From the NCBI GenBank assembly GCA_905331295.1, contig CAJNYD010000548.1, positions 1 to 64,000 on the forward strand: a stretch of 64,000 nucleotides of DNA, in the 5' to 3' direction. Under the pieces are notes generated by a model, which saw only the letters and a program-made list of their open reading frames with translations, was not told where the DNA came from and made no database searches. The translations under genes and the position numbers were made by a program. This document shows positions 39,682-51,247 of this stretch, one piece after another; the first letter of the stretch is position 1, and each line of letters opens with the position of its first letter. The stretch comes from Rotaria socialis. Lineage: Eukaryota.

Positions 39682-40785
39682 TTAAAGTACATGTAACAAT
39701 CGCTTCATAGTATCACTAATATTCAATCCGTCAAGTTTTCTATCTAAACCATCGAAATCACATTTTTCTAATGCATGTTTTTCTGTGTGTAAATCACCAT
39801 AAGCATCATGTAATTTTGATGAATAATATGCGATTCTTTCGGATAATGCCAATATACCAGCATACGTATCAAATTTTAATTCACATTCTTGATTTCCTAA
39901 ATCAATTAATTGGCAAAGTTGATTAAATTGTGAACGTGTAAAATTTTCTTTATGCACTACTATTATTGATGAATATAAATAGGATGATTCAAAAAGATAA
40001 TATCTATTACGAAATCTATTAAATATATGTTTGAATTGATGTTGTCGACGTGATGATAAACGACAATATTTACTTAGATAATCAAGTGGTGTCATGTTTT
40101 CTAATAGTTTTAAGTCATATGGCAATTCAAAACGGCAAGCCTAAAACAGAAATTCTTAAATTAGTCTTTTAAATTTAATATAAGAATATTAATAAACTTG
40201 TAAAGATAATGGCATTGGTCCGACAAGTGCTGCACTAGCGATATCTTTTATCTTATGTAATAAATCAACTGTTTCTTGATTTTCGATTGGTTTTTCATCT
40301 TTTTCATTTACTAGAGTTTCTACATTGATCGTTTTGTAACGTTCACCAGGAATTTTCATTAAATCAGGAGTGATAGTATTATCATTTGTTTCCAAATCTG
40401 ATGTGGAACTATCATTTAAAGTTGAATTTCGATCCAGTAGATTTTTATTATTTGACTCTTCTAAGCCTGATTGTAGCGTAGTTTCTGTTGTAACAATAAT
40501 GATATCAGGAAGAATTCTTCTTTTAGTATTATGAGCTTTTGATCGAGTAGAATTCTTCTTATTCGTTAATTCTTGTAATTTTGTTCTATCATTGTTTGAT
40601 TTACTTGATACATGGCGCGGCGGAACTGGTAGTTTTTTTACTTGTATATGGGAAGGAGTTCTTGGTAATTGTGTGCGCGCATGTGAATTTGGTGTAGATC
40701 TACTAAATTGTTGAGTCAAAATTCCATTACCTAATACAATATCGTTCGTATTTATACTGGATAGTCTATTAGACTTAAAATTCAT
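39682..40785 (-). CDS. Uncharacterised protein: disordered N-terminus plus globular (possibly EF-hand-like) C-terminal domain, 2 exons
   Basis: ORFs 40189-40818 and 39682-40125 are joined by a short intron; the C-terminal part reads ACRFELPYDLKLLENMTPLDYLSKYC...FDTYAGILALSER...LEKCDF...KRLLHVL. Confidence 0.7.
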
Positions 40786-41477
40786 GGTGATGAAGTATTT
40801 GTTTTTTTTTTGGATCAATTACAGGTTGTTTTGTATTACTTATTGCAGTAGATGATTTTTTGTTTCTTAAAAGAAAGATGTTTTTCAGTGACTATAGAGA
40901 TGTTGTCTTTAACATTTGATAAGGAAAGAAAAATTAACCGAAAACAGACTTATATTTATTTATCTTTGCACCACGGTAACCCACTTTTTTAATTGATGAA
41001 GTCGTCAAAACTATTTAAAAATAAGACGAAAAAAGAACAAGCCGTAATTTTTACAGAAAAAGTTTAATGACTAAAAAAATTCAACAGAGCAATCACGTCG
41101 ATAAAAACCGTTACCGACTTTCAGTCTAATAGTTCGTAAATATTGTAATCGTCAAGTGTACAAATGACGGTTTTGATATAGAATAAATAATAAACCGTTC
41201 TTTTTTTTTATATAAATTCTATGATCTAACAGTAAATTGGTTATTACGTATTTGAATATAAACTATATATGATTCGAATATGAATTAATTGTAAAGTATT
41301 CAATCGATTTTTATTTAATATTTTATCAATAGTATTGTAGAAGTTTATTTAGATCATAATCTCTCTACAATATCTATATATATATATATATAGATATAGA
41401 TATTTGTGTAGTTGCTGCTGAAAAAGATTTCATAATATTACGTTTTCATTGCATCATTTCAGTAATGCCTATTTTAG

Positions 41478-42518
41478 ATGACAAACGAAACGATACTTTC
41501 ACATGTTACTGAAAACAAAAAAACAATGGACGATGAGGCAATACTTCAATATTTTACTTCGATTCGACAAAACGAACCTGAGTATTAATAAAAATTTCAA
41601 ATTAATTTTTTCTATTCTGCTTATTGAATTTTGCCTTTTGTTTCTATTACGTACAGAACATCAGTAGCTATAATAGCTATAAGTACATTACTTGATGTTA
41701 TCAAACGTTCATCAGCTGGTACATTAAGTGGATTATCAAGCGAACTTAAATCAGCTGTACAACTATTAACAACACAAATTGATTCGTCAATGCCAAGTGT
41801 TAAATCGGGCTGTGATCTATTTTTATGCTTTATAACATTAGCAAAATTAGATGCATATAGATTTGATGAATGTCGTCAAAAATTAATCGAACGAGGTCAA
41901 GTATTTTTAAATCGAGCATTATTATCACGACAGCGTATTTCAGAATTAAGCAAAGAATTTCTTGTTGATGGAAGTGTTATTTTAACACATTCATATTCAC
42001 GTGTAGTTCTTGCTCTACTTAAATATGCATCAGAATTTACACGATTTAAAGTTTATGTTACACAATCGGAGCCGGATAAGAGTGGTTTAAAAATGAGAGA
42101 CGAATTAGAAGCTATTGGTATACCAGCAATATGTATATTAGATGCTAGTGTAGCATATATGATGGAACAAGTTACATTTGTTTTAATTGGTGCTGAAGCT
42201 GTTGTTGAAAGCGGAGGAATTATTAACAAAATTGGAACATTCAATTTAGCTCTTGCTGCACATGAAATGAATAAACCATTTTATGTCGCAGCTGAATCAT
42301 TTAAGTTCGTTCGAATTTATCCATTGAATAATCGTGATTTACCGAATCATTTTAAATATAAATCATCAACAATAGCACGTTTAGGCGAAGAAAATCTTGG
42401 AAATGAGCATCCACTAGTTGATTACACACCACCAGTTTATATTACTTTACTGTTCACAGATATTGGCCTGTTAACACCATCGGCTGTTAGTGATGAATTA
42501 ATGAAACTTTATATTTAA
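41478..42518 (+). CDS. EIF2B1: Translation initiation factor eIF2B subunit alpha
   Basis: SGCDLFLCFIT, ILTHSYSRVV, GAEAVVESGGIINKIGT, AESFKFVRIYPLN, HPLVDYTPPVYITLLFTDIGLLTPSAVSDELMKLY. One intron at ~41582-41656; start is Met 41478 or 41526. Confidence 0.95.
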
Positions 42519-42880
42519 TTGAAATGAAATGAAAGTAAAGTTAGTCATAAAATTATCTCATTTAAACGAGATTTCAGTTCTATTTTTTTATTGTAATAAA
42601 CAACTGAAGTTCAACGTTAAACAATTTATTAATTGTTCAACGTTTCGAACTAATGAATTCATTTATGTTTGAAACGTAACACAAAACAACTAAACGTAGA
42701 AATGTTTTTCTGCCATTTACCGTAATCGAATCCGATTAATGTCTTTTCTTTTTGCTCTTCCATTGATCATGTTGTTTTAAACGACAGCAATGCCAAAAAC
42801 GAAACAAATATTACTATATACAAATTTTCTTACGATCATATTTTTTAAAAATTTTGAAAGAAAAAAAAAATTAAGGTATG

Positions 42881-45147
42881 TCAAAGTTCCGATAAAATAC
42901 TTTCTACTCGATCGTAAATCGAATTACCCCGATCGACAAGAGCATTTAAGCGTTCCAAAACAGTAATAATTGATTCTTGCGTTGTTGATAATAATCTTTC
43001 TGATTGTCTATCATCTTTTTGTTGTTGTTCATCATCAATTAATAACATAGATGATTCGTCAATAATTAATCGAGCATTTTCTTGTTGTTGATTTACAACA
43101 TGTGATAATGATCGGACAATATCATCTAATTTTGAATGACGATGACCATTTATGAGAAGATGATTTCTTGGTGCCATTGATCGGTGTTGTTCATCATGAG
43201 TATACTCATCCTTGAATATGATAGCACGATCGAGCTTATTTAAAGCTAATAAAGAAAATGGCATGGAAGTCAAGATTTTCTTTTTATTCGTGACTTAACT
43301 TACCTTTTTCCAAATGCGTACGTACAGATAGTAAATCAGATTTTCCGTTTGTTGTAGATGAACTGAATGATGAAGATAGTGGCGGTGGCGGTACACGTCT
43401 ATGGTTTGTTAATGGTAGCATTCGTTTTCGCTGATGAGTCAATGGAATTATAAGTGAAGGTCGCTTTTGTTGTTGTTGTGGTAATTCATCCTCATTATTC
43501 ATTAGGTGATTAATTCCACTGTGTTCGTCACTACCATTTGTTATCGTTGGACTTGAAGGTTGTTGTTGATCATTATCTGTACCTGTATGATTTTCGTCAT
43601 CGTCATTATCTAAATCATCTTCATCATCCATATCATGTTCTACATGAAGTGAAGAGATTCGTTCAGGCACTTGAGTTATACCACGCGTTGATGACCGAGT
43701 ATATGATCCATGAATCCCATGCGTATGAGAATCTTTAACTTTTTTGGCCGCACTAGAAGTTAAGTATCATTTATTAAAATAGGAAATTTCTCTGTACTAG
43801 TGTAGGTCGGAAATATGTAGGATTTTATCTTTCATTACAATCATGCGTTCTAATTGAAATAAACTGTCAATGTGTCATCGTATTTCTTCTTTTCTCAAGA
43901 TTCTTCGACAAAAAGAAAATGTTAAATAAAATTTTAATAGAAACAAAGAGAAAAACTACGTTTGTTTCACTATTCTTAACTTCAGCGTCTATTCAATTTA
44001 AATCTGAAAATAATACGGTGTAATCAGTATAGATGTTCGATTGCTTTCAAAATAAGGTGCGCGTAATTCAAAATTTCCACAAGTTTTATTTTTCGTTTAA
44101 ACGCATATCGTTGGATTTGCCGTGTGATGCTGATCACGAATATGACCTTCCTTTTTTTTTTAAATTTTTTTCGTGAAGTAACCTACAAAATTGTGAGAAG
44201 ACGTAAAAAATGTCAAAATTTTGCCTTTTTGAAATGTCGGAAAAGAAAATTTTTTCCTTTCTTTTCTTCTGGTTTTTTAGGCCATAATCAGATTGTTCGT
44301 AAAAAACTGAGTCTAAAAATCTTAAATNAATATTTAAGATTTTTAGACTCAGTTTTTTACGAACAATCTGATTATGGCCTAAAAAATCAGAAGAAAAGAA
44401 AGGAAAAAATTTCCTTTTCCGGCATTTCAAAAAGGCAAAATTTTGACATTTTTTACGTCTTCTCAGAATTTTGTAGGTTACTTCACGAAAAAAATTAAAA
44501 AAAAAAGTAAGGTCATATTCGTGATCAGCATCACACGGCAAATCCAACGATATGTGTTTAAACGAAAAATAAAACTTGTGGAAATTTTGAATTACGCGCA
44601 CCTTAAATAAGCATGATTCCACTCAGATGAGTGACAGCGTTGAACACTTAAAGGTTTTTTTACACCTTCGATGTTCAAGTACAAGTAACAACAATTTCCT
44701 TTCGATCATATGTCATTTCCGTTATGATAGAAGTTCTCAAAAAAGAAAACAGATCCTGTCGAGTGCTTTTTGACTAACATTCCTTCATAAATTATGTTTA
44801 TTCGCAGATGAAAAATAAAAAATTTGATTCTTTACCGTTCTCGATGAAAATAATCCGAAATGCGTCGATAAGCTTTGCGTTCATCGAGTAGTTTATAAAT
44901 TTTTTTTATTGTTGATGGTACATTTGATTCTCGTTTAATATATTCACTATATTTTTTATAATCATTACCTGAAGAAATGAAAAAAACACATTAAATTACG
45001 CGATTCTTTTCTTTCTCTACTGATGTTATATTCAAACAGATAATTTAACTAACCATAAATTTCTCGTAAACGAAATAATAATTCTTTTTCGTCATCTTGA
45101 ATGCGTATGACTTTAGTAGATGTATTAGTATTTGTTAAAGCGGCCAT
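42881..45147 (-). CDS. Orphan 4-exon protein (acidic/Gln-rich disordered middle, helical ends)
   Basis: ATG at 45147; exons ~45147-45054, 44968-44837, ~43752-43305 and ~43279-42881 splice in frame with GT-AG sites. No family recognised. Confidence 0.7.
44056..44602. mobile_element. Foldback/long-TIR MITE (Kolobok-like ends) spanning an assembly gap
   Basis: ~270-bp arms GGTGCGCGTAATTC... / ...GAATTACGCGCACC with several mismatches; flanks ATAA / TTAA; N at 44328 in the centre; lies in an intron of the orphan gene. Confidence 0.75.
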
Positions 45148-45321
45148 TCTGACTTCACGCGTTTGTCTATATGTGTTACGCGAATAGAAGTCCGATTCAG
45201 TGTAGTTGATGACGAACGACAGACGATAGATGTGCGAGCGCCGTATGTGTGTGCGTGTGTGTGCTCGCTCGGTGGAAGAGGGGAAAGAAGAGAAATGAAT
45301 GATGACGGACTGAATGAAACA

Positions 45322-45352
45322 CGATGACGACGACGACGACGACGACGACGAC
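45322..45352. repeat. (GAC)n microsatellite in a CpG-rich divergent intergenic region
   Basis: About nine GAC units between the orphan gene ATG (45147) and ETHE1. Confidence 0.9.
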
Positions 45353-45781
45353 AACCGACGAGTCGGCGCTGCAGCGACGGCTCGTTCGCTCGTTGTCGGT
45401 TGGTGCTGAGAGCTTGTATGTTTGTCTCTTTTTTTCTTCATCACTCGGTAGCGTTAGCGACGGTGACTGGTGCAAGTCGATCATGTTCGTTTGTTCTTTG
45501 CCTATTACTCGCTTTTGCTCGTACCCGGCGAGAAACGAGTGTGTCTACGTGATGTATGCGAGCGTACGTCTACGAATAGTAGTAAAAGTTGGTCTCTTTT
45601 GCATATTGATCGAGTTGCGGCAAGCGCATGCCTGTATGAGGTCAATAAATGCATTCGCAATAATAATATGATAGAAAAAAAAAAGAATAACAAGGAAGAA
45701 CAAGAAACTCCGTAGAAAAGATATGGTTGTATAAAATAATGCTTTTGAATGTTCATTAGCTATTTATGAATAAACAAATAT

Positions 45782-46881
45782 ATGCATGGACCATTGCAGA
45801 TGTTCATACGTTCATTACATCCATTTCTTAAAAAAACTAGTAATGTCTGTCTTTCAACACAACGTCGACGAGCATTATCAAACGGATCATTTGTTCGACA
45901 GGTACAGAAAATCGTCTATTGTAATGACTATTTAAAATAAAATTCCTATCTTTTTGTTTTTATCAGTTATTTGAGCAAACAACATCAACTTATACTTATA
46001 TAATAGCTGATGGGAAAAGTCGAGAAGCTTTCATTATTGATCCAGTTATTACAACAGTTGCACGTGATATGCAAATTATTAAACAACTGGGTTTAACTTT
46101 ACGATATGCAAGTTCGTTTATGAATCATGAATATTATTCGATTGCCTTTTTTTAAATTTCTTTCTCAGTTAACACACATGTTCATGCTGATCATATTACC
46201 GGTAGTGGTCGTCTTAAAACATTATTACCTGAATGTCGAAGTGTGATAAGCAAATGTAGTGGTGGAAAGGCAGATATTTATATTGAACATGGAGATGAAA
46301 TTGAAATTGGTGAGAAGAATGACAAAAATCAACGTTTAGTACTTGAATGTCGATCAACACCAGGCCATACAAATGGTAGGCTAAGTTTAAATTCATGTAT
46401 GCGATGATGAAAATATAATTGTATCGGTATAGGCTGTATGACATTTGTTTGGCATAAAGGAGCAAGCGTATTTACTGGTGATTGTCTTTTAATACGAGGT
46501 TGTGGAAGAACAGATTTTCAACAAGGAAGTGCTGATAAAATCTATACGTCTATTTATGAACACATATATACGTTACCGGATCATTTCATTGTTTATCCTG
46601 GGCACGATTATACGGGTAATTGATTTAGATTAAAAACTCTATTAATTTCTTTTCTGCTTCATTAGGTCAAACGAGTTCAACAGTTGCAGAAGAAAAACAA
46701 TTTAATAGTCGTTTATTGAAATCAAGAGAAGACTTTGTTAAATTTATGAAAGAACTAAAACTTAGTTATCCATTGCAAATTGGTAATATAATTATAGAGA
46801 ATTATTTTAATTGTAATTAATTGTTTTATTTTAGACAAAGCTCTTCCAGCTAATTTGGTATGCGGTTTAGTAGATCCATAA
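45782..46881 (+). CDS. ETHE1: Mitochondrial persulfide dioxygenase ETHE1
   Basis: [79 protein letters not shown]. Basic N-terminal presequence; 6 exons; start at 45782 or 45800. Confidence 0.96.
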
Positions 46882-47911
46882 AATATCACATTTTTTTTTG
46901 GATACCTTGAATATGCGATTTTTCGTTCATTCCAAATAATTTATACCAATAAGGAAAAAGTTAAAATAGAATTAGGGACAGTTCCTTTTTTTCTGTCATT
47001 TTCATAAGTTTTACTATTGTATTAGAATAAATATTTTAATCTACTCTTATTTAAAATGAAAATATTTTCATTATTAAAAGAACTGACTTGCTCAATAAAA
47101 ATAAACAAATTCTTGCATTTTTTGAATTATCTGTGAAGAATTTCGATCGGTCTTGATGCGTCTATAGCAATATCAAATTGAATTAAACAATAAAGAATGT
47201 ACTAATTTATATGTGTATCATTGACTTTCAAATAATAACAATAATTATCGATATAGTTATATAGTATGAATTGGATTTTTAGAAAGATTGAATTGAAAAA
47301 ATAGATTAATAATAGCGAATAGCGAGTAGATAGATCAATCATATATTGATGATGTATTGGCTTGTTTCATGTCTTACTATGTCAATGAGTATCGCACTAA
47401 TATTTTACATAAAACCAAGTTCACTGTTCAGGTCAATATTTGATTTATCTATGAGTACAGATAATATTGCATTAATAATGTATTCAAACAATATTGGTAA
47501 TCAAGTTGTACATGATGAATCTTTATTGCATGAGTTATTATTTTACGAATGATGCTCTTGATTAAAGATCAGTAATCAAAATCAGACAATCGTTTGAAAA
47601 TTGTGTTGTCATCTTTTTTTTTGTAATGGAAAAGATCAATTACATTGATTAAATTTAATCATAATCATTCAACGCGTATACTGTTGTTTAGTGTGTTTTC
47701 GTATAAACTCAACAAAAAAAAAAAAAAAAGAATGTTAATATTGATTGTTTTTGTTTCTCGCAAAGATTTCATTTAACATTAAAAAGATATCATAGTTTTA
47801 TTGGTTACTTTAGGTTTCTTTAGATCGTTACTGTTATTTGTAGAACGAAAATGTTAAATGTATGTAGACATAACGAGAAAAAACAAACAATACTAAATAT
47901 GAATACTGTCT

Positions 47912-48659
47912 TTAAGAGATCACATCAGTAACATTCTTGTTTGTATCGATTGTACTATTACGATAAAGATGTTCAGCATAAATTTGACGAGAAGGATGTA
48001 GGTCACCTTCAGGTCGATTGATTGGAGTCCAAACAGGTTCACCAACAAAAAAACGTCTAGCTCGAATATAATTATGCTTGTCAGGAATAAATCGATGATA
48101 AATTCCTAAATGACAAAATCACGTCGAGAAAAAAGTAAAAAAAATAAGAAAAAGAGTTATCTTATGTTACCAGTGGGTAAAATAATTAAATCACCTGGAA
48201 ACACATGAATTCTAATCCATTTATCATTATGATCTCGTACATCAAAAAAACCGGAACCTTCTTGGACAAGACGAATTTCTTCATCAGAATGAAGATGTTC
48301 CGCAAAGAAAATTTTTAATTTTTCTTCATAATTTTCCATACCAGGTTCAATTTTTATTTCATCTTCATACGTATACCTATAACGGGAGAAAGAGAGATAC
48401 ACGAATGTTCTTTATTCTACTTTTTTTACCCTCTATCATGTTTTAATTTAATCAATGATGGATTTTCGTTATTAACAAGAATTTGATCCGGATGAAAATA
48501 CCATATTTCAACACCTGTACGAGCACATAATGTTGTAGTATCAATTTCATCTAATAAATGTTCTTCCTGTGGATCTTCTGTTCGATCATCCATATACCAA
48601 CTTCGTACCTAAGATCATTTTTTTACAACAATAGTAAGTAAACAAATCAATCGTACCAT
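47912..48659 (-). CDS. ADI1: Acireductone dioxygenase (methionine salvage pathway)
   Basis: [73 protein letters not shown]. Four coding exons, the first being the ATG alone. Confidence 0.96.
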
Positions 48660-49671
48660 GATGATGAGTTGATTTGTTGGTTTTTATTTATTAAAAATCT
48701 ACAAATTTAAATTAAAAAAGGTAAATAATGAATGAATCTTATCGAATGAAACGAAACGCATTATCTTTTTTCCATATAAATACTAGTATCACATACATAA
48801 TATCTAATCTTTTAGTGTATATTTGAGTAAAATCAGAAAAATTGATATTGCTTTGTCTCAACCGTTTTAACTATATCAGTTCATAATTTTAGCGATCGTT
48901 ATATCTTGATCATTAAAAATCAACACAACAATAGTTATGTTCTTTGATATTTTGAATATAATCGACTACCTCTAATAAAATCAATATTTCTACTCTTTGG
49001 AACATTCAAAACATGAACTTCAATCATTTAGACTTCAAATAAGACTAGAAAATTATGAAATCATCTCTTGATTACTATTGCAAGTGGTTCTGAGTCTTCT
49101 TATTTTTTTCCCATTAAAAGATTATACTAAAGAAATTGAATGTCTTTTATCTTTGAAGAATAATATACTTTTGATCATTTACTATGTTTACAGAAGTCTT
49201 CCATGAAACAAACGGGAAAATCTCATCTAGCAATTTAAACACTATTTTCCTTCGTCAAATATGTGATGCGTTGGAAAATGAAAAAAATCTAGTTCTATCT
49301 CCTCAAAACTTGCTTAAATATTTCTATTGATGTTAAAAATCATGCGCGCGCCATTTTCTATTACACCAGATGGTGGAAATCGATTATTTTATGGCGAAGT
49401 ACTTATTTGTATACTATACGATGACAGTAGACTTGATAAACAGTAGAAGTAAAATGTGGCAAATGTATTTCATTGAGCGTTCTGTTGTTGAAACAATTAG
49501 TTTCATATTTGATTAATAGAAGATCCAAAGAGCTAAACCTTATCATGAAATAAAAATAACTAGCTATTAAAAGAATGATCTGCAAGAACTAGAACTTCAC
49601 TTTCTATCAATATGGGCAGCCATAATTCACATGAGTATGATAATCCGGTGGTACAAAAAATCGTTCAGAAT

Positions 49672-49975
49672 CAAGGGGGAAACGGCGGATTGTGGATTTT
49701 CGGATTTTTTTCGGATTGTTCATGGATTGGCGATCCGGAAAATCCGCCATTTCGTCCTTGGAAATATGAGTATTTTTGCAATCGCATTATCTTCAGAAGA
49801 AAACATCCGTTTGAGCTGAAACTTTTAGGATATTCTAAGGACCACGAGACCTACATACAATAAAAATTTCAGCTCGAAATTCCTTCATTTACAAGAGGAG
49901 ATTGCTGGTAAATTTGGGATTTTTTCCGGATTGCTCATGGATTGGCAATCCCGAAAATTTGCCGTTTCCCCCTTG
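49672..49975. mobile_element. 304-bp MITE with 8-bp TSD (hAT- or P-type)
   Basis: 15-bp TIR CAAGGGGGAAACGGC / GCCGTTTCCCCCTTG with perfect TSD TTCAGAAT on both sides. Confidence 0.9.
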
Positions 49976-51247
49976 TTCAGAATCTTATCATCAAACGTAA
50001 ATTATTGATTTTCTATTTAATTCTTCAAAATCAAAAGAATTTTTCAGTTTAGATTAAATTGCTTCAGTTGATGCACTGTCGAGCTACAAAGGAAAAGATA
50101 GTCATAACAAAAAGATACGAATCACGCAACTTACTGATTTCATTCTATAAACGATATTGATTGTAGCTTTTATTCATAGTTCACATGCAAAAAAAAGACT
50201 TCTTAATGAAAAGAAAATTCTATTTTAAGCGATCAATTAATGCTAGATGAATGGTAAAACTACAGTCTATTCAAGAGTCTACTATGCTGGTAACAAATAT
50301 CAGAGCAACTTATACTTTCGCAGCTACTTGTTTTAAAGGACTCTAGGAGACATAATAATAAAATAGATTGACATAGTACTGTATGTAGCGTTCCACAGCA
50401 TCTTGAATATAACTTATTCATATTTATATAGTTTTGAATATAATAAATAATATGTTTTTGATGTTGGATAAATCATAGCTACAAAAGAAAATCAGATAGA
50501 AAAAAATAGACCACTATCTGCTTTAGAGAAGATATCGAATCTAAAAAATTGAATAGCTACTGCATTGTCTGGATTGAATTTATGCTAGATATTTGCTATC
50601 CTTTACAAGTTAGAGAATATGTATCAAACTTCATAGCTAATAGAATCATTCAATACACATCTTTCTTGATTAATACGGATGTGACATAGCTATGAATTTT
50701 TCTATGAAAATTAACCGAAAATAATAAATTTGAACATGAAATAATATGCTCCGCAAGTTTATACGACTACATACATTGCCATTGAATTAGATTCTCGTAT
50801 CTAGATTATTTTTCTTTCTGCTTCAATTCATTACGATAATACTTTATTTTATCATTTATGTTCTAATGTGAATTGTTCGTCAATGTGTACCAGTTGACAA
50901 AATATTAATCTATAATATTAAATTTTTCATATGTAAACCCTATTCATTGTTTGTTGACTATGATAAATAAAATACTTGAATATCATCCAAAAAATTGGTG
51001 ATGAGCTGTTGACAACGATGAAGAAAACAAATTTTTAATTCATATATCGATGCCAATTAATCTAAAGCATATTTAGGTCGTCACTTTTTTAAATGCCAAG
51101 AAAGTGGAAATTGAAAAAAACATAAAACAAACACAATAAGAAGACACCAATAACAATTTTATGATAATAACACAAAAAAAAGAAGTATTGTGCTTATTTT
51201 GCTTTTCACTGAGATAAGTTATATTGCACAAAAATAAAATATTAAAA

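Noticed and set aside
41478..42518. Methylthioribose-1-phosphate isomerase forming a methionine-salvage cluster with ADI1
   Set aside because: It is the same fold family, but the motifs (AESFKFVR, TPSAVSDEL) are diagnostic of eIF2B-alpha.
44124..44622. Mirror-image ORFs on both strands
   Set aside because: By-product of the palindromic element; both run through an N.
45197..45756. Poly-Thr/Val/Ser ORFs
   Set aside because: Translations of the (GAC)n microsatellite region with no coding signal.
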